Source: Candidatus Poribacteria bacterium (GTDB lineage: Bacteria; Poribacteria; WGA-4E; WGA-3G). From it: a stretch of 64,000 nt of DNA. The translations under genes were made by a program, and so were the position numbers. Under the pieces are notes generated by a model. It worked only from the letters and a program-made list of their open reading frames with translations, ran no database searches and had not been told where the DNA came from. The stretch covers positions 3,040,001 to 3,104,000 of the forward strand of contig CBDANF010000003.1 of NCBI GenBank assembly GCA_965197475.1, in the 5' to 3' direction. Shown here piece after piece: positions 31,811 through 41,535 of the stretch (the stretch's first letter is position 1; each line of letters opens with the position of its first letter).

Positions 31811-32788
31811 ATGTCAAGTTTCGATCAAATTGTCAAATTAATTGTTGACGATCTTAGTGCTGTAGAGGCGAAACTTACTGAAAATACAGCGAGTGAATAT
31901 AGTTTTGTAGATATGGCGGTTCAACATGTTGTTGAAGGTGGTGGTAAACGGCTCCGTCCAATTCTTGTTCTGCTTTCCGCAAAAACGTGTGGATACGATG
32001 GAAGCGACGCACACACACTTGCCGCTGTTGTTGAGTTAATCCATGTTGCATCCCTTGTTCACGATGATGTTCTTGATGAAGCGGCAATCCGCCGCGGTCG
32101 TGAAACATTGCAGACAAAATGGGGCAATAAGGTTGCTGTGCTTGTTGGCGACTATCTACATGCACGCGTGCTATCAATGCTTGTGTCTCGCCGTGCAGAT
32201 GATCCCGCAATGGCGATACTTGCTGACACCACGCAGGCAATGTGTGAAGGTGAAGTAATACATGCCTACAAAAGCGGTGATTTCGATATATCCGAAGACG
32301 AATACCTTAAGATTATCAGTTTCAAAACTGGAAAACTGATTGCTGCCTCTTGCACTCTCGGTGCACACTTAGGGAAAAACGATCAACAGACAGATGCCCT
32401 CACAACTTACGGTCAGCAAATTGGAACAGCCTTTCAAATCGTAGATGATCTGCTTGATTTCGTAGAAGACTCTGAGAAATTGGGAAAAAATGCCTTCGGT
32501 GATCTTCGCGAAGGGAAACTTACCTTTCCTATTATACATACCCGAAAGGTATGTGATGACGATGAAAAACAGACACTTGAAAAAGTGCTAAATCCTAACA
32601 GCGATGAAACCGAGGCTATTACCTTTGTAGAATCTTTATTCCAAAAATACCATGTTGAAACCGACTGTTTGAAAGTTGCCCAAGGATACGCAGACCGGGC
32701 AAAAGCGGCTTTGGTAACGGTTCCACAATCAGATGCACGGATTGCTTTAGAAAACCTTGCGGATTATGTCGTTTCACGGGATTCATAA
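31811..32788 (+). CDS. long-chain polyprenyl diphosphate synthase (IspB/HepT-like)
   Basis: GGKRLRP, ASLVHDDVLD, RRG, AVLVGD, FQIVDDLLD, DLREGK. Confidence 0.93.
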   Translation: MSSFDQIVKLIVDDLSAVEAKLTENTASEYSFVDMAVQHVVEGGGKRLRPILVLLSAKTCGYDGSDAHTLAAVVELIHVASLVHDDVLDEAAIRRGRETLQTKWGNKVAVLVGDYLHARVLSMLVSRRADDPAMAILADTTQAMCEGEVIHAYKSGDFDISEDEYLKIISFKTGKLIAASCTLGAHLGKNDQQTDALTTYGQQIGTAFQIVDDLLDFVEDSEKLGKNAFGDLREGKLTFPIIHTRKVCDDDEKQTLEKVLNPNSDETEAITFVESLFQKYHVETDCLKVAQGYADRAKAALVTVPQSDARIALENLADYVVSRDS

Positions 32789-32861
32789 GTAATAGGAAAC
32801 GTTATATAATTTCTCATTTTAAAGAGTTCCCAATCTAATACCCCATTTTAAAGAATTCGCG

Positions 32862-34022
32862 ATGTTTTATCCGGTGTACATAAATCTTCAAAATAGAAAA
32901 TGTCTTGTTGTTGGTGGCGGCACTGTTGCTGAACGAAAAGTTGTCTCTATGCTCATAAGTGGTGGCGACGTGACTGTAATTAGCCCCGATGCCACCGAAT
33001 TGGTAACCTTCCTTGCAGAAATAGGAACAATTCGTTGGCACAAACGGCAGTTGAAAATAGGCGATACGCACGGGTATTCTCTTGTCTGTGCCGCAACCGA
33101 TTGGACTGCAATTAACACCGCAGTATACACCGAAGCACACGAAAAAAACAGAATCCGCTTAGTCAATGTGGTGGACGTTATTCCGCAATGCACCTTCGCT
33201 GCAGCCTCTGTTGTAACGGATGGTGAAATCATGATCAGCATCTCAACCAGCGGCAAAAGCCCCGCGACGAGTCGGCGTATCCGAGAGCATTTTGAAGAGA
33301 TGGTAAACACGTCATCTTTATATACGCTTGGATACGAAAATGGGGAACCAGTACCAATTGAAAATCTTGGGTTGCCCTATCCGGTTTATCTCCTATTGGA
33401 AAATAGGAAATGTGTAGTTTTGTGTCAGGAAGAAACAGTAGAAATCAAACAGCGGGTATTACTACTTCGGCAATGTGGTGGTGATGTTTTATGTATGAAT
33501 TCTAACAACGTAAAATCTCAGAATATTGAAGACGCTTTTCTTGTTATCTCCGCAGAAAGGTCTCTTTTAGATATTCCGCTTGAGGATGGTGTTGGATTTA
33601 TCCATGAATTTCTTGATGAGCCAAGTGCAGGAACACACTTCACACCGCATCTTGTCATAGATGATAACCTCATAATAAGCATATCCGCAAGGAGCAGTAC
33701 GGGTGCTGAAAAAGCGGAATGTCTCTATAGAAAACTATTGAATAAATTTGAAAATAAAGGTTACGGTGCCTTTATTGATCTTCTTGGCACACGCCGTCCG
33801 GAGGTTCTCAAAACTTTTCCTACGTCAAAGATGCGTGGCGATTTTTTTGAGGCACTCATCGGATACGTTGCTGATAGCCCGCAATCGGAAACATGTTGCT
33901 TAAGCCTCACGAACCCCGATTGTTCCGCCGAATGCCTTTTCAATTGGGTGCGACACGGCAAAAATGAACATGCCAACAACTTTATATCTGATCTATTAAG
34001 CACTCATCGTGCAAACCTATAA
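32862..34022 (+). CDS. sirC: precorrin-2 dehydrogenase/ferrochelatase (SirC/Met8/CysG-N type) with internal duplication
   Basis: YPVYINLQNRKCLVVGGGTVAERK, VNVVD and ISISTSGKSP; a second degenerate copy begins YPVYLLLENRKCVV. Confidence 0.85.
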   Translation: MFYPVYINLQNRKCLVVGGGTVAERKVVSMLISGGDVTVISPDATELVTFLAEIGTIRWHKRQLKIGDTHGYSLVCAATDWTAINTAVYTEAHEKNRIRLVNVVDVIPQCTFAAASVVTDGEIMISISTSGKSPATSRRIREHFEEMVNTSSLYTLGYENGEPVPIENLGLPYPVYLLLENRKCVVLCQEETVEIKQRVLLLRQCGGDVLCMNSNNVKSQNIEDAFLVISAERSLLDIPLEDGVGFIHEFLDEPSAGTHFTPHLVIDDNLIISISARSSTGAEKAECLYRKLLNKFENKGYGAFIDLLGTRRPEVLKTFPTSKMRGDFFEALIGYVADSPQSETCCLSLTNPDCSAECLFNWVRHGKNEHANNFISDLLSTHRANL

Positions 34023-34039
34023 CTAATATTGGTAAAACC

Positions 34040-34879
34040 ATGCAATTTCTATTTCTCCTGACCGTTTTAATATATTTAGCCACAAGCATTTTTCAGATCC
34101 TTTCACTAGCTATCGGAAATCGTACTGAAGCATCAGTTATTCGCCCAACAATTGTACGTATTGCCTTTTGGGGTACAATCCTTGGATTTGCCTTGTTAAC
34201 ACTTTTTATTATACTCTGGTGGTCACTGCAAGGGCATTTTCCGATGACACACTGGACAGACTCAACCGCCTTATTTGCATGGGCAATCACGTTAATTTAT
34301 TTGATTATCATCCGTTTAACAGACCTACGCGCCCTCGGTAGTTTCGTTATGCCAGTCGCATTCATTGCAATCCTGATTTCGTATAGTTTCTCTGTAGACA
34401 CCTCAACACCTTCAGAACTCTTGAAAACCTACTGGATAATCCCTCACGTCACACTCATTATTCTCGCCTATGCGGCATTTATCGCCGCATTCGGATTTGG
34501 GTTGATGTATCTGATGGCAGAAAAGAAAATTCGCGAAAAGACACATAGCCCTTTCCACAATTTGCTGCCTTCCCTCGGCATTTCCGATGAATTCGGGTAT
34601 CGTTGTACAATACTTGGTGTAATTCTGTTTACGATGGGAGTCATCATTGGGAGTCTCTGGACACAATATATTCAAGAACTACCTTGGAAATGGTTAGATC
34701 CAAAGGTTATCTCCACGTTGATAACATGGTTAATCTATGTTGCACAAATCGGGATACGCCAATTTTGGGGGTGGCGAGGTAGAAAAGCGGCGTATGCGTC
34801 AATCATCGGTTTCATCGCTTTCCTCTGTAATTTTGTCGGGGTTGACATCTTTTTGGAAAGCATGCATGAATTCCAGTAA
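34040..34879 (+). CDS. cytochrome c assembly protein CcsA/HemX-like
   Basis: Multiple TM helices, conserved His (IPHV), W..DPK..TLITWLIY, GWRGRKAA, terminal MHEF. Confidence 0.9.
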   Translation: MQFLFLLTVLIYLATSIFQILSLAIGNRTEASVIRPTIVRIAFWGTILGFALLTLFIILWWSLQGHFPMTHWTDSTALFAWAITLIYLIIIRLTDLRALGSFVMPVAFIAILISYSFSVDTSTPSELLKTYWIIPHVTLIILAYAAFIAAFGFGLMYLMAEKKIREKTHSPFHNLLPSLGISDEFGYRCTILGVILFTMGVIIGSLWTQYIQELPWKWLDPKVISTLITWLIYVAQIGIRQFWGWRGRKAAYASIIGFIAFLCNFVGVDIFLESMHEFQ

Positions 34880-34897
34880 GATGAAAAAAATTCTGTT

Positions 34898-34926
34898 TTG
34901 ACATCTATCCTAATGTGTGATATAAT
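34898..34926 (+). promoter_or_regulatory. consensus sigma70 promoter upstream of hemA
   Basis: TTGACA-17 nt-TATAAT. Confidence 0.8.
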
Positions 34927-34977
34927 TACCTCAAATTGTGGATATGTCGCATTTTTAGATACTGTTGAAGTAAAAAA

Positions 34978-36279
34978 ATGAATCATATTGTTTCCATCGG
35001 AACAAGCCACCATATCGCTCCCATTGAATTCAGGGAAAAACTGGCATTTTCCGAAGAACAACTCATCGAATCCCTCCACTCTCTTCGTGAATCTTATCAG
35101 GTTCAAGAGGCAGTGATCCTTTCTACTTGCAACCGTGTTGAAGTTTTTGCGGTTGCGAATTCACGCCGCGCTGCCGAGACACCCGGTAAAACACTGATGG
35201 AATTCCTGTCAAACTATCATCGGGTCGGTGTGGACACACTTAAAAAATGGAGTTATCTTCACCACGGCTTAGAGACAATCCGCCATCTCTTCAGAGTCAC
35301 TGCGAGTCTTGATTCCATGGTAGTTGGTGAATCCCAAATCGTCGGTCAGGTTAAAGAGGCTTACGATATATCACGTTCAGCAGGCGGAGCGGGTGTCATC
35401 CTAAATCGTCTTTTTACCAAGGCGTTCAGCGTCGGTAAACGGATTCGGTCTGAAACAACTATTGCTGCGGGAGCTGTCTCTATTAGTTACGCCGCTGTTG
35501 AACTTGCCAAAAAAATCTTCAATACGTTGGAAAACAAGACGGTCGCGATTATTGGTGCAGGTGAAATGAGTGAGTTGACAGCAAAACATCTTGTCGCTAA
35601 CGGTGTTTCAAAAGTTATCGTTGCAAATCGCACCTATGAACGCGCTGTCAAAATTGCCGAAAAATTTAAAGGAACTCCTTTCGCTTATGAGAATGACCTT
35701 GAGTTTCTGATTGATGCTGACATTGTTATTAGTTCCACGAATGCTTCCGATTACCTTATCAAACGTAAACCTCTTGCTGATATTATGAGGAAACGCAAGC
35801 ACCGGTATATGTTTCTCATTGACATCGCTGTTCCCCGTGACATTGATCCAGACGTAAGCAAAATTGACCATGCCTTTTTGTATAACATTGATGATTTGGA
35901 AACTGTCGTTGCCTCTAACCTCAAAGAACGGCAACAGGAGGCGGTTCGCGCTGAGCAGATTGTCTCGGAAGAGGCAAGACGGTTCCATGACCAATTGCAA
36001 ATTCTTGAAGTCAACCCCACCATTAAAGCACTGCATCAGCAGTTTCAGCTGATAGCCGAAACCGAACTCAAAGCGTGCATCGGTAAAACTATGTTGTCGG
36101 ACACACAAGAAGAAGTCGTTGCATCTATGACGCAGGCAATAGTCAAAAAACTCCTCCATCACCCAATAGAAAATTTACGCCACGCAGTCAACGACGGTAA
36201 TGCCGATCACGGGCAGTATGTTCATGCACTGCAAGAACTGTTCGCGTTAGATGATAATGACGATAAGGAACAGGAATGA
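34978..36279 (+). CDS. hemA: glutamyl-tRNA reductase
   Basis: STCNRVE, SLDSMVVGESQI, IGAGEM, DIAVPRD. Confidence 0.98.
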   Translation: MNHIVSIGTSHHIAPIEFREKLAFSEEQLIESLHSLRESYQVQEAVILSTCNRVEVFAVANSRRAAETPGKTLMEFLSNYHRVGVDTLKKWSYLHHGLETIRHLFRVTASLDSMVVGESQIVGQVKEAYDISRSAGGAGVILNRLFTKAFSVGKRIRSETTIAAGAVSISYAAVELAKKIFNTLENKTVAIIGAGEMSELTAKHLVANGVSKVIVANRTYERAVKIAEKFKGTPFAYENDLEFLIDADIVISSTNASDYLIKRKPLADIMRKRKHRYMFLIDIAVPRDIDPDVSKIDHAFLYNIDDLETVVASNLKERQQEAVRAEQIVSEEARRFHDQLQILEVNPTIKALHQQFQLIAETELKACIGKTMLSDTQEEVVASMTQAIVKKLLHHPIENLRHAVNDGNADHGQYVHALQELFALDDNDDKEQE

Positions 36280-37190
36280 ACAGCTCAGTTACAATCGGCA
36301 CGCGTGGTAGTCAACTCGCCCTTTGGCAAGCACAATATGTTGAACGACAATTAGCGCGCCATTTCCCTGATCTTAAGGTTGACCTCAAGATTATCAAAAC
36401 CACCGGAGATACTATCCAAGATCGTTCTTTACTTGGACTTGGAAAAGGTATTTTTACCAAAGAGATAGAAATCGCGCTTTTAAATGGTGACATAGACCTC
36501 GCTGTTCATAGCCTCAAAGATCTCCCTACAGAATTGCCAGAAGGACTTTGTATCGCCGCTATCCCCAAGCGGGAGGATCCGCGCGATGTGCTTGTTACCT
36601 CCACTGGATTTCCTTTAGAAGATTTGCTGAACGGTGCTAAAATTGGCACCACAAGCCCACGGCGAAAGTCACAAATCCTCCACATACGTCCCGATTTGCA
36701 AGTTGTTGATGTCCGAGGTAATGTGGATACTCGGTTACAGAAACTTCATGAAACAGACCTTGATGGGATTATCCTTGCTGCCGCTGGAATTAAACGTCTC
36801 TTCAAGCGGGAGATTATCACCCAATATTTTGATACAGAGCAGATGGTTCCCGCAGTCGGTCAAGGTGCCTTGGCTATTGAAGCACGTGAAGGCGATAGTG
36901 TTGTTATGAATCTACTCGCGCCACTAAACGATAGTGAGACAACAGCTGAGATTACCGCTGAGAGAGCAGTTTTGGAGAGCCTTGGCGGTGGATGCCAAGT
37001 ACCGATTGGTGCGTATGCTAAACTTGTTAATAATGATGAACTTTCACTCATTGGTACTGTATGTCATCCTGAAGGTAAACTACGTATAGTGGAAAGAACT
37101 ACAGGAAAGTTAGACAATGCGAAGCGTTTAGGGATAATCGTCGCCGAAAAACTGCGTAATAGCGGTGCGAATGAATTATTGAAAGCATAA
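36276..37190 (+). CDS. hemC: hydroxymethylbilane synthase
   Basis: GTRGSQLALWQA, AVHSLKD, RGNVDTRL, GGCQVP. Confidence 0.98.
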   Translation: MNSSVTIGTRGSQLALWQAQYVERQLARHFPDLKVDLKIIKTTGDTIQDRSLLGLGKGIFTKEIEIALLNGDIDLAVHSLKDLPTELPEGLCIAAIPKREDPRDVLVTSTGFPLEDLLNGAKIGTTSPRRKSQILHIRPDLQVVDVRGNVDTRLQKLHETDLDGIILAAAGIKRLFKREIITQYFDTEQMVPAVGQGALAIEAREGDSVVMNLLAPLNDSETTAEITAERAVLESLGGGCQVPIGAYAKLVNNDELSLIGTVCHPEGKLRIVERTTGKLDNAKRLGIIVAEKLRNSGANELLKA

Positions 37191-37206
37191 TAGAACGGTT
37201 TAAAAG

Positions 37207-38796
37207 ATGTCTTTAAACTCAACACACCCTGGTATTGTTTACATTGTGGGAGCCGGTCCAGGTGATAAAAAACTTATTACCCTAAAAGGATTAGAGTGTC
37301 TACAGCGAGCCGATGTAGTTATTTATGATCTGTTGTTAAATGACGCGTTACTGGAACATTGTCCTGAACACACCGAAAAGATCAAAGCACCCGACCCGAG
37401 AATCCGCACTACGCGCCAAGCTGAACTCAATCATTTGCTTGTTGAGCACGCTAAAGCTGGTAAAGTCGTTGTCCGTCTAAAGGGTGGCGACCCTTATATC
37501 TTCGGACGCGGAGGCGAGGAAGCGATGGCACTTGCCGAAGTAGGCATCCCGTTTGAAATTGTTCCGGGTGTTACCGCTGCAATTGCTGCGTCTGCATACG
37601 CCGGAATTCCGGTTACGCATCGAGACTACGCTTCGTCGGTTGCTTTTGTCACAGGTCATTCCGCTGCATTGCACCCCGATTCAAATATCAAATGGGAATC
37701 TCTCGCGACAGCTGTAGACACCCTTGTCGTCTATATGGGCGTTGCGCACCTCCGCCAGATTGTGGAACGTTTAACAGCTCACGGCAGAGCTCCACAAACC
37801 CCCGTGAGTTTGGTACGTGTCGGAACAACACCTCAACAATTTGTAGTCCAAGGCACCCTTGCAGATATTGTGGAAAAAGTTGAGACAATTCAACTGAAAA
37901 GCCCTGCAATAATCGTTGTGGGAGAGGTGAACCGACTGCGCGAACAACTTCAATGGTTTGACACTAAGCCCCTCTTCGGAAACCGTATCCTTGTTACACG
38001 TGCCCGTGCACAAGCAAGCGAATTCGCAGACCTTTTAGAGACAAAAGGTGCCGAAGTTATCCAATTTCCCACTATAGAAATTCACCCTATAACGGATGCT
38101 CCTCAAAAACTTGTAGCACAAGGTCCCCGTGCCTCAGCACAAAATCAATTGAACATTACCGAAACAATTGATATGTTGGAGGAATACGATTGGGTTATCT
38201 TTACAAGTGTCAATGCTGTTGAGATATACTATGAACGTTTACGAGAAAAAGGAAAGGACGCGCGAGTTTTCAGAGGAAGCAGCATTTGTGCAATTGGACC
38301 GAAAACGGTTGATGCACTAAACAACATCGGTATTCATCCCGATTTTGTGCCTTCACATTCCAGCGGACGAGTTGTTGCAACAGAAATTGAAAATGTGCAA
38401 GGTAAGAAAATTTTGCTCCCGCGAGCGAAGATCGCCACTGCTGACCTGCCTAACACCTTGCGCGAGAGAGGCGCGCATGTTGATGATGTTCCTCTTTACG
38501 ATACCGTCAAAGTGAAAAGCGAACACAGCGACGCTATCGAAAAAGATTTGTTGGATGGCAGAATTGACTACGTTACGTTTACAAGTTCCTCTACCGTTAA
38601 AAACTTTCTTGAGATGTTCCCAACACATTCGGCTAAGGATTTGTTGGAAAATGTTCAAGTTGCAGTTATTGGTCCAACAACAGAAGCAACGGCGAAGGAA
38701 CATGGCATGCGCGTTGATGTAATAGCGAAGGCAGCCTCAGTAGAGAGTCTTGTGGAAGCGATAATTGTTGTGTCATATAAAAATCCATTGCCATAG
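37207..38796 (+). CDS. cobA: uroporphyrinogen-III C-methyltransferase / uroporphyrinogen-III synthase fusion (CobA-HemD)
   Basis: VGAGPGD, RLKGGDP.IFGRGGEE, then PLFG.RILVTR, IFTSVNAV, FTSSSTV, IGPTT. Confidence 0.95.
   Translation: MSLNSTHPGIVYIVGAGPGDKKLITLKGLECLQRADVVIYDLLLNDALLEHCPEHTEKIKAPDPRIRTTRQAELNHLLVEHAKAGKVVVRLKGGDPYIFGRGGEEAMALAEVGIPFEIVPGVTAAIAASAYAGIPVTHRDYASSVAFVTGHSAALHPDSNIKWESLATAVDTLVVYMGVAHLRQIVERLTAHGRAPQTPVSLVRVGTTPQQFVVQGTLADIVEKVETIQLKSPAIIVVGEVNRLREQLQWFDTKPLFGNRILVTRARAQASEFADLLETKGAEVIQFPTIEIHPITDAPQKLVAQGPRASAQNQLNITETIDMLEEYDWVIFTSVNAVEIYYERLREKGKDARVFRGSSICAIGPKTVDALNNIGIHPDFVPSHSSGRVVATEIENVQGKKILLPRAKIATADLPNTLRERGAHVDDVPLYDTVKVKSEHSDAIEKDLLDGRIDYVTFTSSSTVKNFLEMFPTHSAKDLLENVQVAVIGPTTEATAKEHGMRVDVIAKAASVESLVEAIIVVSYKNPLP
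38113..38140 (+). repeat. family C REP-like element in-frame within cobA-hemD
   Basis: GTAGCACAAGGTCCCCGTGCCTCAGCAC shares GTAG and an identical 15-nt core with the intergenic copy at 19408. Confidence 0.65.
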
Positions 38797-38819
38797 TGGG
38801 TTCTGAAGTGTTAACCTGT

Positions 38820-38945
38820 CAGCTCCATCTACGTTTTAATTCACTGGAAACATCCCAACCGCCGCTTGCGATAATCCTACCATTAGGACTAAATGCTACA
38901 CAAGTGACACCTTTTTCTCCCCAGTAAATTGTGTGTAGTGTGAAT
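38820..38945 (-). pseudogene. WD40 repeat gene fragment
   Basis: Minus strand reads GEKGVTCVAFSPNGRIIASGGWDVSS, with no full ORF. Confidence 0.6.
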
Positions 38946-39062
38946 AGAACGAAATTTGCTTGAAAATGAATCACTGATAAATTTGTGTACATTCACAAAG
39001 CCTGGTTATGATATAATGATTCAATAGGTTTACAGTGAAACATAAAAAATTGACACTTTTTG

Positions 39063-39086
39063 GTAGGCGCGCTTTGTCAGCGCGCT
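39063..39086 (+). repeat. REP-like palindrome, family A
   Basis: GTAGGCGCGCTTTGTCAGCGCGCT. Confidence 0.6.
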
Positions 39087-39106
39087 GATAGATGGAGTAT
39101 CGTTAA

Positions 39107-40192
39107 TTGGATAATTTGCCATTTATTAAAGTTTCGGAGAAAGCGTTGATTAACGAAGCGTCCCTAAAATCACTTTTTTCAAAATTTCAAGAACTTCAAA
39201 TCCTTGTGGTAGGGGATTTTTACTTAGATGCCTACTGGTACATTGACAAAACACGCTCAGCATTGTCGCTGGAAACACCGTGGCATACCTATCCTGTTGT
39301 TGAACAACACTATAGTCCGGGTGCAGCCGGAACAGTTACAAATAATCTAAAAGCATTGGGTGTCGGAAAAGTCTATGCTTTAGGAGTTATTGGTGAAGAC
39401 GGATTTGGGGAAACACTTGTTGCGTGTTTGCAAGAAAGGGGATGCCTCACAGATTTCATGGTGCAAGTACCGAATTGGGTTACCCCTACTTATCTGAAAC
39501 CTATTCACCGAGGCTATGAGGGTGTAGAAATCGAGGGACCGCGTTTTGACATTGAAAACCAAACGCCGATGGCTGACAGTGTTGAAACTGATGTGCTGAA
39601 TGCTCTTGAAGCATGTATTCCACAAGTTGATGGAATCATCATTGGAGACCAGATGCCTCATGATAATTTGGGGGTTATCACCGACCGTGTCCGGAAAGAA
39701 TTGTGTGAATTACCCCTTTCGTATCCAGATATGATATTTTTCGCTGATTCCCGCACCCGGATTGGAACTTACCAAAACGTAATCATAAAACCAAATCGTT
39801 TTGAAGCACAACACGCACTTATTCCGAATTGGGATGGAAAAACAGTTGACCTTGAATCAGCCAAACGGTCTGCGATTGCGTTGGCAGAACAGACGCGAAA
39901 CACAGTATATGTAACACTTGGTGAAGACGGAGTAGTTGTGTATTCCAACAAAGAACTGACACATATTCCAGGAATTCAGATTGATGACAAAATTGACCCG
40001 GTTGGAGCGGGGGACAGCGTTTCTGCGGGAATAGTGTCTACGCTCTGTAGTTTAGGTGCTGAGGCTGTAGTTGAAGCCGCATATCTTGGAAATCTGGTTG
40101 CTTCAATTACCGTAACAAAAATTGGCACGACAGGAACAGCCTCACCAGAGGAAGTTCTGGAAAGGCATCGGAGTTTAAATGGACGTATTTGA
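39107..40192 (+). CDS. PfkB family kinase (RfaE/HldE kinase-domain-like)
   Basis: VVGDFYLD, PGAAG, KPN..E, VTLGEDG, DPVGAGD. Confidence 0.88.
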   Translation: MDNLPFIKVSEKALINEASLKSLFSKFQELQILVVGDFYLDAYWYIDKTRSALSLETPWHTYPVVEQHYSPGAAGTVTNNLKALGVGKVYALGVIGEDGFGETLVACLQERGCLTDFMVQVPNWVTPTYLKPIHRGYEGVEIEGPRFDIENQTPMADSVETDVLNALEACIPQVDGIIIGDQMPHDNLGVITDRVRKELCELPLSYPDMIFFADSRTRIGTYQNVIIKPNRFEAQHALIPNWDGKTVDLESAKRSAIALAEQTRNTVYVTLGEDGVVVYSNKELTHIPGIQIDDKIDPVGAGDSVSAGIVSTLCSLGAEAVVEAAYLGNLVASITVTKIGTTGTASPEEVLERHRSLNGRI

Positions 40193-40964
40193 AGCAATAA
40201 TACAACGTCGGAGCTATCGTGGTGAATTTCAGAATCGTCCAATTGATGAAGCTGATCTGAAAAGGCTCATCGAAGCAGCGCGATGGACACCTTCCCCTTT
40301 TAACGTTCAACCGTGGGAATTGCTCATCATTCAAGAGTCTGAAGGAAAAGATGTCCTGGCAGATATGACTGAACAGGCAATCGTTGAACAGTTCAAAGAT
40401 ACAAAGTTTCTGGAGGACAATAGTCTATGGATGTGTTTAAACGAAACGGAATGGAAAGATCGTGGAGATGGGGTGTTGCTCACAGATCATGTTATCCTAC
40501 CGAAGTTGCTTCAAGATTGTCCTGAGAAGCTGACCGGTAGCATTTTGAAGAGGTTACTAAAAAACGCGAAGTCATTAACTATTTTGGGACATCTGGGGGC
40601 AGGGAAGCTGCCTGCGAAAGAGATTGCTACACAGGTACGCGAAGCACCATTGCTGATATTGGTTACGATGAATACTAATAGACAGCCGCCAGGTGAAGGG
40701 GCTACTCGATGGATGTGGCTGAGCATGGGGATGTTAATTCAGAACATGCTTCTCGCTGCGACATCCCTGGGTATCGGTGTGCAATTTGTCAGTGCACCTT
40801 TAGAATCTGAGAAGGATCGCGAGCTTATCCGCCAACTTTTCAATATCCCTAATTATCTTGAGGTGATGACACTCTTAAGAATGGGGTACGTGAGTTCAGA
40901 GGATGGGAGTTCTGTCAGATTGAAACCGTCTGAGTTTGTTCATTTTGAAAAGATTGGGGATTAG
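40179..40964 (+). CDS. nitroreductase family protein
   Basis: RRSYR, AARWTPS.FNVQPW, QNMLLAA..LGIG. Confidence 0.9.
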   Translation: MDVFEAIIQRRSYRGEFQNRPIDEADLKRLIEAARWTPSPFNVQPWELLIIQESEGKDVLADMTEQAIVEQFKDTKFLEDNSLWMCLNETEWKDRGDGVLLTDHVILPKLLQDCPEKLTGSILKRLLKNAKSLTILGHLGAGKLPAKEIATQVREAPLLILVTMNTNRQPPGEGATRWMWLSMGMLIQNMLLAATSLGIGVQFVSAPLESEKDRELIRQLFNIPNYLEVMTLLRMGYVSSEDGSSVRLKPSEFVHFEKIGD

Positions 40965-41535
40965 GTGCGAAGCAGTCAGGGAAACACTTCACAAGCAGAT
41001 CTACCAATCCGTACGAGTCCTCTTGTGGGAGGGCTTTGTCCGCCCGATTTATACGTGCACTCAACGGATCCGTGCCTACTACTTTTAAGGACCATTTATA
41101 GTAAAATTTAAAACACCTATACATTTTAGATTTGCGGCGTTTGTAGTCACCGAATGTCATACGGGCGGAATGCCACACGTACATTTGGCATTGATTTGGC
41201 ACATTCCCCTTAGTTATCAGCTCTATTTGTTTGCTATTCACTGCAACTCCTTTGTCAAGATCAGAAATTTTTGTACTCTGTTCCGTAAGCATTCCGCAGG
41301 TGCTGCTGTCGGATCAAGACTTGTCCTACCATATTGGATATTGTGGTCTTTACCCGTGTGCCAACCTTTGCGAGTATAGCAACATTCCATCACTTGTGCT
41401 AAACCTGGCTATTTCAGATACGCCTGTGACGAAATATTTACACGCCCTATCACACCCCAAAATTTGCAATATCCCCCCAAATATGTTAAAATATAAGGAG
41501 TCAAAAATAATGACGTAACCATTTGGAGGGAATTC

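Noticed and set aside
40965-41520. Several short ORFs between the nitroreductase gene and leuB
   Set aside because: Overlapping, no RBS or convincing motif; at most decayed gene debris.
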